A stretch of 64,000 nucleotides of DNA, from assembly GCA_964435435.1 (NCBI GenBank), contig CAYSZJ010000002.1, positions 7,468 to 71,467 of the forward strand, written 5' to 3'. Below the pieces are notes generated by a model. The model was not told the origin of the DNA. It saw only the letters and a list, made by a program, of their open reading frames with translations, and made no database searches. Shown in pieces: positions 56,755 through 64,000 of the stretch. Each line of letters begins with the position of its first letter. Position 1 is the stretch's first letter. A program made the translations under genes and the position numbers. Source of the stretch: an uncultured archaeon (lineage in GTDB: Archaea; Asgardarchaeota; Lokiarchaeia; Sigyniarchaeales; SOKP01).

Positions 56755-58638
56755 ATGATAATTTCGAGTGCAGGATGTAAATATGATGAATCACATCTCA
56801 TAAATACAAAGAAATTCAAAGAAGATGATTCCGTCAAAATTAGTAAGTTGGAAAATTTAGGAACACTTGATATAACACAGTTATTAGAGGCAATTTATAT
56901 GGGTTTTGATGGTATTTTTGTTATAATTAAAGGGATATTAAAAGGAGATAAGTTTATATCAGAATACAATTCATTTAATAGGCCAATAATTGAGGCTAAT
57001 CGAATATTAAATAAGAGAGGTTTAGGTAATCAAAGAATTAGGTTATTTAAGTTAAATAGAATAAATAATAAGGATTTAATTGAATCCTTTAGGGCTTTTT
57101 TTAAAGAAATAGTTCGATCTGGACCAAATCCAATTAATACAGATAATCAAAAAATATATAGAGATACAAAGGATGGTTATAACTTTAAAGATATTTCTAT
57201 AAAAAAACTGTTATATGCAACATATAAGGCTTCATACAATTTTCAATACAGATCACTGTTTAAAGCAAAGGAAAATATTTTAAATTCAGGAAAATATAAT
57301 GAAAATGAATTTATAGGTTTTCTGGATTCGATTTTCGAAGCTGAAACTGCTAGGAAATACATTTTTGAAGAATTAAAAAGATATAAACCATTTACATTAG
57401 AAGAAATAATAAATCTTTTTGATTTTTCAGAAGAGAATATAATTCGAGACATTTTTTACTTAAAAGAACAAGGATATATTGAAGAAATTTTTGAGGAATT
57501 ACCAGATATTGAATTAAATCATAATAATTCATTAGAATTTAAAAAATATTGTTATAAATATAGAATTAAAGAAATTAGGGAAAGTTATGGAGAGAATTAC
57601 TTCAAATCAGTTTTTATCATTCATGACAATAAAGTTTGTTGTCATTGCGGCTTATGTACATCAATATGTCCAGTAGATTGCATCGAACTTACGACAGATT
57701 ATGTATATATTGATGATGGAAAATGCATTAACTGTGGTCTTTGTTATAGTATATGTCCACAATCTTTTTCAATCGATAATCTACAAAACCTCATTAAAAA
57801 GTCTGATAGTTCTTTAAAATATTCTCAAGGATTAGGTTATTATAAAGATATTTTTTCGGCAAGAACATTAAAATATTCAATTAAAAAAGTAGGGCAAGAT
57901 GGAGGTATAGTAACTTCATTACTTCATTATTTATTTGACAAAAATTTAATAGATGCTGTAGTAACAATTAAACATTCAAAAAAATATTGGAAACCTAAAG
58001 TTAGCATAATAGAAAAAGTAGAAGACCTCTATAAAACAGCAGGTTCTACATATGTTCACGCTCCAATTTTATCAGTTTTAGATAAGATAAAAAAATATAA
58101 AAGAGTAGCTATAGTTGCACTTCCATGTAAAATAAAAGCACTATTTAAAGGAGAACTATTTCCTGTAAAAATACCTTTATTAAACAATATAAAATATAAA
58201 ATAGGTCTTTTTTGTAAACAATCCTTTACTTATGAGAAAATCCTTAAACTTTTTAGTGATAAATTCAGTGTAAATATTGACGAAATAGCTAAGATGGATA
58301 TAAACAGAGGAAAATTTGTTATAACTCTTGAATCTGGTGATATATTTTCACATCCATTAAAGGAATGCGATTTATATGGTTCTGATTTTTGTAATTATTG
58401 CAATGATTTTACAGCAGAATTAGCAGATATTTCAGTAGGGTCGATTGGTTCAAAAATAGGATGGTCTTCTGTTATTATCAGGACAAAAAAAGGGGAGGTA
58501 ATTTTTAATGATGCTATCAAACATGGCATAATTAAAACTAAAAGTTTGATAGATAAAAAACCTCTTCAGTTAAATATAGAAAAGCTAGCAGAGATAAAAA
58601 GAGATACTTCTAGACCTATTCAATTAAATATTATTTAA
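56755..58638 (+). CDS. fusion: Cys-depleted MvhD-like domain, wHTH-like domain, 2x[4Fe-4S] ferredoxin, FrhB-like domain
   Basis: 627-aa ORF. N-terminus MIISSAGCKYDES..MGFDGIFVIIKGILKGDKF aligns to MvhD with the Cys ligands lost. Then LFDFSEENIIRDIFYLKEQGYIEEI, CCHCGLCTSICP and CINCGLCYSICP. FrhB signatures GQDGGIVTSLL, ALPCKIKA and ADISVGSIGS. Confidence 0.75.
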   Translation: MIISSAGCKYDESHLINTKKFKEDDSVKISKLENLGTLDITQLLEAIYMGFDGIFVIIKGILKGDKFISEYNSFNRPIIEANRILNKRGLGNQRIRLFKLNRINNKDLIESFRAFFKEIVRSGPNPINTDNQKIYRDTKDGYNFKDISIKKLLYATYKASYNFQYRSLFKAKENILNSGKYNENEFIGFLDSIFEAETARKYIFEELKRYKPFTLEEIINLFDFSEENIIRDIFYLKEQGYIEEIFEELPDIELNHNNSLEFKKYCYKYRIKEIRESYGENYFKSVFIIHDNKVCCHCGLCTSICPVDCIELTTDYVYIDDGKCINCGLCYSICPQSFSIDNLQNLIKKSDSSLKYSQGLGYYKDIFSARTLKYSIKKVGQDGGIVTSLLHYLFDKNLIDAVVTIKHSKKYWKPKVSIIEKVEDLYKTAGSTYVHAPILSVLDKIKKYKRVAIVALPCKIKALFKGELFPVKIPLLNNIKYKIGLFCKQSFTYEKILKLFSDKFSVNIDEIAKMDINRGKFVITLESGDIFSHPLKECDLYGSDFCNYCNDFTAELADISVGSIGSKIGWSSVIIRTKKGEVIFNDAIKHGIIKTKSLIDKKPLQLNIEKLAEIKRDTSRPIQLNII

Positions 58639-58658
58639 AAATAATTGTTGAATAACTA

Positions 58659-58910
58659 ATGACAAATGAGAACATAAAAAATAAGATAAAATATAAAAGG
58701 CAAATTAAAAACCGTAATGGGCAATATGATGTAAATCCGGATATATTAAAGATGGAAATAGCTCCACCTGATTTTATTGATCTGCAGGAAAGTCTAAATA
58801 ATCATTCAAACAATTCTAAAATCGATTCTACATCTGTATCTAAAAGCATTTATAAAAACATTAATTTGGAAGCAAAAATAAAACGTAGAAAAAAAAGAGA
58901 AGGAGACTAA
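58659..58910 (+). CDS. low-complexity Lys/Asn-rich hypothetical ORF
   Basis: 83-aa ORF with no recognisable family. Its coding status is uncertain. Confidence 0.3.
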   Translation: MTNENIKNKIKYKRQIKNRNGQYDVNPDILKMEIAPPDFIDLQESLNNHSNNSKIDSTSVSKSIYKNINLEAKIKRRKKREGD

Positions 58911-58999
58911 AAATTTTTATTTAAAAAAACCGAATAAATTAACCTCTCATCAGTGATTTTATTAATTACTTATTTTTAACTTGTTTTAATATTTGAAAA

Positions 59000-61141
59000 T
59001 TAAGAACTCACAAAAAGCAAAAAACCCCAGTTAATTATTCCACCTATTAGGAGGGCCATTCCTATTTCAAGAATAGCTATTTGTAGAGCATATTTCCAAT
59101 TAGTTTCCTTAGCTATTAAAACTATTGTAGCAAAGCATGGGATATAAAGCATTGTTACTAAACTAAAAACAATCATTTGGATTGGAGTCATTAATTCTAA
59201 GAGAGTTAAGCCTATAGAATTTGCTAATAAAGCTAAAAGAACTAACGTCAATTCTTTCCTTAGGATTCCGTATATTAGAAAGATACCAGTTATGAGTGGT
59301 AATCCTAACCAGTAGACTGTTAGTGGTGATAAAAGGAGATTGATAGGATCTAATATTCGAAACATATACAAAATTTCTAATAAAATTCCAGCTACTATTA
59401 TAATGGGCATTGCTTTATAAATGAATTCTTTGGTTCTTATCCATGTTTGTTTGAAAATTACGGAATAATTAGGGATTCGATATTCGTGCATTTCCATAAT
59501 TAATTCAGTGCATTGACCAGGCATTATCTTATTCAGAATTTTGCCAATTATTATTATTACAATGAAATTTATCGCAAACAGTATTAAAACCCAAGTTAAT
59601 CCTACATATCTTCCTACTAATCCTAAAACTACAGTCATTACAGCAGCACATGGAATTAAAGATGTTAAAGCAATTGAAATTTTCTTTTCTCGTTCTGTTT
59701 CCATAATTCTACATCCTGTACAAGCAGGAACATTACATCCAAATCCTAGTATCATAGGAATGATTGTTTTTCCATGCACCCCTAAGAAATGCATGAATCT
59801 ATCCATAAGAAACGCGGCTCGAGGCAGATATCCAGAATCCTGTAATAACTCGATAATTAAAAAGAAAGGAATCACATATACTAATACACCTCCTATTGCC
59901 CCAAAAATACCTCCTAAAGCACCTTCCCAAAATATTTTTACTCCTAAATCATCTTCACCATAAATCTTATAAATATTATCACTTAGAAACCCATATAATT
60001 CTTCTATGAGTCCGCCAAAGAAATCTCCAACAATAAAAGTAAAAAGATAAATTGCTATAAGAATTAGAACTAATATAATATAACCCCAAAAAGAATGAGT
60101 AGTTAAATGATCCAGTTTTTCTGCCCAAATAACCTTTTTTTCTTTAGGACCTTTAACAGTAAGAACTTTTTCAATAATTTGATGAATATTAGTATAAATT
60201 TCAGAAGAGATTATTGTACTGATATCTTCTCCGTGATATTCTTCTAATTCTTTTCGGTATTTATCCGCTAGGTTAAGAATATAGGAAGTTTTTTCGTTAG
60301 CGTGAAAAAGCTTTATAATTTCTTCATCTTTTTCCAAGATCTTTATAGCTAAGAATCTTGAAGGGTAATTATAATTTGAAAAATAATCTGAAAAAGCATC
60401 AATCTTATCTACTAGATCGTCTATTTTAATTTCAACTTCTTTTCCATAAGTTAAAATAGAAGATAAATCAGGAAATTGAAAATTTTGTTTAATTGAAATA
60501 TTTTTTTCAATTTTTTTTTCCCCATGAGAAAATTCTTCATGAATTTTTTTACCATCTTGAATATAATGCGCGCTGGATCTATGATAAATATTTAATTCTA
60601 TTACTTCTTCAAGTAGTTGGTGTACTCCGATACCATGAACAGCTACAACAGGAATAACAGGTAATTTAAAAATTTCTTCTAGTTTTTTAAAGTCAAGTAT
60701 TTGATTTCTTTTTCGTAATATATCCATCTGATTAATAGCTAAAATAATCGGAACTTTTAATTCTAATAATTGGAATGTGAAGAATAAATTACGCTCAAGA
60801 TTGGTAGCATCAATTACATTAATAATAACATCTACTTCTTCTGAAACTATATATTCTCTGCTGATTATCTCTTCTAATGAATAAGTTGATAGTGAATAAA
60901 TTCCAGGTAAATCTACAATATTAAATCGATATCCTAAAAAGTTCAAATAACCTTCCATTTTTTCTACTGTTTTTCCTGGCCAATTTCCAATTGTTTGAGA
61001 AAGTCCTGTAAGTTGATTAAATATAACTGATTTGCCAACATTAGCATTACCTGCTAACGCGATATTAATTGGACTCCTATACTTTTCTTTCTTTTTATTC
61101 TGTTTTTTTACAGATTTATGACTCCACATATCTCTTTCCAA
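59000..61141 (-). CDS. feoB: ferrous iron transport protein B
   Basis: G-domain ALAGNANVGKSVIFNQLTG, DLPGIYSL and NQMD. A polytopic C-terminal membrane domain follows. Confidence 0.9.
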   Translation of the reverse strand: MERDMWSHKSVKKQNKKKEKYRSPINIALAGNANVGKSVIFNQLTGLSQTIGNWPGKTVEKMEGYLNFLGYRFNIVDLPGIYSLSTYSLEEIISREYIVSEEVDVIINVIDATNLERNLFFTFQLLELKVPIILAINQMDILRKRNQILDFKKLEEIFKLPVIPVVAVHGIGVHQLLEEVIELNIYHRSSAHYIQDGKKIHEEFSHGEKKIEKNISIKQNFQFPDLSSILTYGKEVEIKIDDLVDKIDAFSDYFSNYNYPSRFLAIKILEKDEEIIKLFHANEKTSYILNLADKYRKELEEYHGEDISTIISSEIYTNIHQIIEKVLTVKGPKEKKVIWAEKLDHLTTHSFWGYIILVLILIAIYLFTFIVGDFFGGLIEELYGFLSDNIYKIYGEDDLGVKIFWEGALGGIFGAIGGVLVYVIPFFLIIELLQDSGYLPRAAFLMDRFMHFLGVHGKTIIPMILGFGCNVPACTGCRIMETEREKKISIALTSLIPCAAVMTVVLGLVGRYVGLTWVLILFAINFIVIIIIGKILNKIMPGQCTELIMEMHEYRIPNYSVIFKQTWIRTKEFIYKAMPIIIVAGILLEILYMFRILDPINLLLSPLTVYWLGLPLITGIFLIYGILRKELTLVLLALLANSIGLTLLELMTPIQMIVFSLVTMLYIPCFATIVLIAKETNWKYALQIAILEIGMALLIGGIINWGFLLFVSS

Positions 61142-61185
61142 AAAATAAAGTTTTTTCTAAAAAAAATTATAAAATCCAAATTATG

Positions 61186-61201
61186 AAAAAAAAAAAAAAA
61201 A
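61186..61201 (-). terminator. T16 tract (A16 on the plus strand) immediately after the feoA stop codon
   Basis: A homopolymer of 16 directly abuts the feoA stop (61202-61204), and a second T8 lies further on before the feoB start. Oligo-T tracts are archaeal intrinsic termination signals. Confidence 0.4.
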
Positions 61202-61453
61202 TTATTGAGTATAGTCTGTTGTTACCAATATTCTAGCAGCTAATCCTCTGCCGATAACTAATTTAGAACCTTTCACAAATACCTCAATAGGACCTCGAAA
61301 TGGAGCAGAATTCTTTTTAACAATTTTAACTCCAGGAATAATTCCTAAATGAGCAAGTCTTCTCTTAGCATGATAACCAGCATTAACTCTTAATACTTTA
61401 AGTGTTACTCCTATTGGACATTCAATTAACCTTTTGATAGGATGGGTAAGCAT
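61202..61453 (-). CDS. feoA: FeoA-family protein
   Basis: 83-aa ORF. SH3-like FeoA pattern LKVLRV..RRLAHLGIIPGVKIVKK..GPIEVFVKGSKLVIGRGLAARILV. Confidence 0.85.
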   Translation of the reverse strand: MLTHPIKRLIECPIGVTLKVLRVNAGYHAKRRLAHLGIIPGVKIVKKNSAPFRGPIEVFVKGSKLVIGRGLAARILVTTDYTQ

Positions 61454-61745
61454 ATTTTTACTGCTATTTGAAAGAATTTTCTTGTTTATGATCTCAAACT
61501 ATTCTTTTTATTATAAAAAAAACATTAATCTTTATTATTATGAATTATTCATTATATTTAAAGTTATTAGTTATACCTAAAATAAAAAGTTTTTTCTCTA
61601 AATTTTTATAATTATTTATGGATTAAATATAGTTTTAAGCCCAGAAATAATAATTGAAATTTTAAATAGATGAAAATCTAATATACACCAATTTCTTCTG
61701 TACATTATTATAAATAAGTTATAATTTAATTTTACAATAATGGGA

Positions 61746-61761
61746 ATGAATAATTATTCAT
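61746..61761. promoter_or_regulatory. perfect palindrome ATGAATAATTATTCAT, a candidate metal-regulator operator
   Basis: The 14-bp core TGAATAATTATTCA recurs exactly at 61807-61820. A related TGAATTATTCA sits at 61541-61551 on the feoA side. It is Fur-box-like, AT-rich dyad symmetry in the feoA / DUF5320-dtxR divergent region. Confidence 0.5.
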
Positions 61762-61806
61762 AATACACAAGCCCCTAAATGCATTCTAATAGGATTAAGA
61801 GAGTTT

Positions 61807-61820
61807 TGAATAATTATTCA
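61807..61820. promoter_or_regulatory. second exact copy of the palindrome TGAATAATTATTCA
   Basis: It lies 60 bp from the first copy and 76 bp upstream of ATG 61896, followed by a TATA-like TATATATAT. Confidence 0.5.
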
Positions 61821-61895
61821 GTAAAGCTTAAATAATTAAAATTCTATATATATCATAAGAAAAAAAAATTAAAAAATAAAAGGTGAAAAAAAAGA

Positions 61896-62288
61896 ATGCC
61901 AAGAGGAGATGGTACTGGACCTGGAGGATTAGGTCCAATGACCGGTAGAGCTTTAGGATATTGCGCGGGTTATAGTACACCAGGATACACAAAAGGTCCT
62001 GGAATGGGACTTGGTAGAGGTTGGGGAGGTGGTCGAGGTTGGGGACGTGGTCGAGGGCTTGGATATGGTAGGGGTTGGGGCTATGGATATCCCGTTTATG
62101 GTGCTCCTATGACATATACTCCTACTTATGCTCCATATGCGCCAGGAGTTGCACCACAAATCAGTTCAGAGAATCAATTAACCATGCTAAAACGAGAAAA
62201 AGACTATCTAGATTCAGAAATGAAGGGTGTGAAAAGCGCATTAGACGACATCTCTAAAAGAATTGCTGAATTAGAAAAAGAAGAATAA
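61896..62288 (+). CDS. DUF5320-family protein (Gly/Arg-rich N-terminus, coiled-coil C-terminus)
   Basis: The N-terminal signature MPRGDGTGPGGLGPMTGRALGYCAG is typical of DUF5320. The C-terminus has a heptad-like LKREKDYLDSEMKGVKSALDDISKRIAELEK. Confidence 0.7.
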   Translation: MPRGDGTGPGGLGPMTGRALGYCAGYSTPGYTKGPGMGLGRGWGGGRGWGRGRGLGYGRGWGYGYPVYGAPMTYTPTYAPYAPGVAPQISSENQLTMLKREKDYLDSEMKGVKSALDDISKRIAELEKEE

Positions 62289-62334
62289 TTTTTTTTTTTA
62301 ATTTTATTATTTTTAACAGGTTAATATCAAAATA

Positions 62335-62712
62335 ATGAAGGTTAATGAAAGCTATGAAGATTATTTAAAAGCAATATATCTAATTTCAAGAAGCAATAAA
62401 GGTGGATGGGTCTCCAATTCAGAGATTTCAAGTTTCTTAAATGTTAAACCACCTTCAGTAACTAACATGTTATATAATTTGAAAGCGAAAAAATTAATAA
62501 CCTGGAAGCCAAGAAAATCTTTAAGATTAACTAAAGAGGGAAAAAAAATAGCTCAAAACATAATAAAATCTTATCAGAATTTATGTGATTTTTTTAGTAA
62601 TGTTTTAAAATTGGAAAATAGCGAATTAATAAAAAAATTATCATGTGAAATCGAGCATCACCTAACTCCTGAAGTATCTAATGCACTAGAAGATCTCATT
62701 CTCGAAAATTAG
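62335..62712 (+). CDS. DtxR/MntR-family metal-dependent transcriptional repressor (short form)
   Basis: SYEDYLKAIYLIS..VSNSEISSFLNVKPPSVTNMLYNLKAKKLI..LRLTKEGKKIA is the DtxR-type wHTH plus the start of the dimerisation helix. Confidence 0.8.
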   Translation: MKVNESYEDYLKAIYLISRSNKGGWVSNSEISSFLNVKPPSVTNMLYNLKAKKLITWKPRKSLRLTKEGKKIAQNIIKSYQNLCDFFSNVLKLENSELIKKLSCEIEHHLTPEVSNALEDLILEN

Positions 62713-62744
62713 TAAAATTAAATATTTTATTTTGAATTGAATAT

Positions 62745-63680
62745 CTAATCTGTATTTAATTTCCAAAATACTATATTATTATAGAGAATATCTTTAATTT
62801 TTTTATGGGATTTTAGCTTTTTTAACTGTTCTTTAATCTTATCGTTATTGAAATTTGGGGATAAAAATGTTTCGATTATTTGACTCTGCCTCATAGGATG
62901 TCTCTCAAGTATCGAAAGAACTTCTTTTTCAAAATCAGATGAATAAATACTGAATTTACCCTGCTCAGGAAAATTAATATTTGAATAATCACCGAAGATT
63001 TCATTTAGAATCGGAATTATGCTCTTACTAGGAATTTTTAACCAATTTTCTACGGGAGGTCTTATTGGAACATTGATATCAATTCTATCAGGCTTTATCA
63101 AATCTAATTTTTCTTTAATTTTTAGTAATTCATCTTTCGAATCATTAATCCCCTTCATTAACATTACTTCTACCCAAAATTTACCGCGGTAATTTTTCTT
63201 AAAGTCTAGAAATCCTTGTAGTATAGCATCAAATTCAAGTGAAGGATGAGGTCTATTTATTTTTATAAATGATTTTTCATCTCCAGCATCTAAACTGGGT
63301 AATACAACATTAGCCAACATTAAAGTATTTCTGACATCATTATTATACAACAAACTGCCATTTGTAATTACACAAATAGGTTTTTTCGAGCATTCTTTAG
63401 CCTTTAAAATCAAATCTTTTAAATCTTTATATAATGTAGGTTCACCACTACCTACAAATGTTATATAATCAAATTTGTTTTGATTTAATTTGATTGCATT
63501 TTCTATTTCATTTATGATTTCTTCTTTGGGATAATAATTTTTCCTAGTATTAGTGAAATTAGTTGTCTTTCCTAACTGACAATATATACATTGATAATTG
63601 CAAGTTTTAGAAGGGATTGGATCAATACCTAATGAGTTACCTAATCTCCTGCTAGGCACAGGTCCATATATATATTTCAT
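62745..63680 (-). CDS. radical SAM protein
   Basis: YGPVPSRRLGNSLGIDPIPSKTCNYQCIYCQLG (CxxxCxxC) and GSGEPTLY. Confidence 0.8.
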   Translation of the reverse strand: MKYIYGPVPSRRLGNSLGIDPIPSKTCNYQCIYCQLGKTTNFTNTRKNYYPKEEIINEIENAIKLNQNKFDYITFVGSGEPTLYKDLKDLILKAKECSKKPICVITNGSLLYNNDVRNTLMLANVVLPSLDAGDEKSFIKINRPHPSLEFDAILQGFLDFKKNYRGKFWVEVMLMKGINDSKDELLKIKEKLDLIKPDRIDINVPIRPPVENWLKIPSKSIIPILNEIFGDYSNINFPEQGKFSIYSSDFEKEVLSILERHPMRQSQIIETFLSPNFNNDKIKEQLKKLKSHKKIKDILYNNIVFWKLNTD

Positions 63681-63703
63681 TTTTTTTATTAAGAATCTTT
63701 ATC

Positions 63704-64000
63704 TTAGCCTTGAACCTTGTATTTTTCAATGGCTCTTTCTAATGTTCTCACTGCTAATTCGGCACAATGTTTATGATCATCTGGTAAACCACCTAGAGCC
63801 TTGTTAATGTCTATTGGTTTTAATTTTTCAATAAATTTTAATGATTTTCCTTCTATCATCATTGTAGTTTGGCTGCCTGCGGCAACTGTGGCCCCACAAC
63901 CATCAGTTATAAAGTAAGCTTTTTTAATTATATCATTCTCAATTTTTAAAAAAAATTGCATCGTATCACCACATGATCCCTCATATGCATGCCACACACT
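63704..64000 (-). CDS. NifU/IscU-like Fe-S scaffold N-terminal-domain protein; the 5' end runs off the right window edge
   Basis: GSCGDTMQFFLKI, FITDGCGATVAAGS and HCAELAV provide the three scaffold Cys. The frame stays open to position 64000. Confidence 0.75.
   Translation of the reverse strand, partial: SVWHAYEGSCGDTMQFFLKIENDIIKKAYFITDGCGATVAAGSQTTMMIEGKSLKFIEKLKPIDINKALGGLPDDHKHCAELAVRTLERAIEKYKVQG

Noticed and set aside
54617-59000. The frhB cassettes as an active mobile element (IS, integrative element or MITE).
   Set aside because: No transposase, integrase or target-site duplication could be identified. Only scars (gene-end fragments and one inverted repeat pair) are visible, so the region is reported as footprints rather than as a mobile element feature.
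1-64000. Scan for rRNA, tRNA, CRISPR arrays, prophage or defence-system genes.
   Set aside because: None was recognised by eye. The only defence-like module is the decayed UPF0175/PIN TA pair. tRNA detection without software is unreliable, so absence is not proven.

Overview
AT-rich archaeal chromosomal segment. Supporting evidence: aIF-1A, an archaeal-type LeuRS, an MtdA-like methylene-H4MPT dehydrogenase, Hdr/Mvh genes, and GGTGA-type Shine-Dalgarno motifs. A selenocysteine HdrA with a eukaryote-like SECIS and longin-like ORFs suggests an Asgard/Lokiarchaeia-type genome; this is inference only.

Content from left to right:
- leuS (partial) and a PAS histidine kinase whose 5' PAS domain carries three in-frame stops.
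- Aminotransferase and URO-D-family genes.
- Two duplicated cold-shock genes flanking aIF-1A.
- A decayed UPF0175/PIN toxin-antitoxin cassette bracketed by a displaced acetoacetyl-CoA synthetase 3' fragment.
- Acyl-CoA, alcohol and aldehyde metabolism (Fe-ADH, AOR).
- An uncharacterised locus at 24.8-29.7 kb: longin-like ORF, FG-GAP propeller with wHTH domains, multi-beta-sandwich protein with a poly-Glu tract, and a Zn-ribbon.
- A tight minus-strand operon: two TraB-like paralogues, MtdA, NfnA-like, a wHTH-Fd-FrhB-NfnB fusion, and a truncated CDC48.
- A roughly 20 kb redox island (39.8-58.6 kb) with three HdrA paralogues (a tandem fusion, a 2xSec form, and an ArsR-HTH-HdrA-MvhD fusion), an HdrD-like gene, MvhD, MvhG, MvhA and four FrhB-like genes.
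- An iron module: feoAB, DUF5320, a DtxR-family repressor, a radical SAM gene and a NifU-like gene, with palindromic operator candidates.

No rRNA, tRNA, CRISPR array, transposase or integrase was recognised. A recurring theme is gene decay and mosaicism: at least six frameshifted or nonsense-interrupted genes and three orphan gene fragments at cassette junctions.
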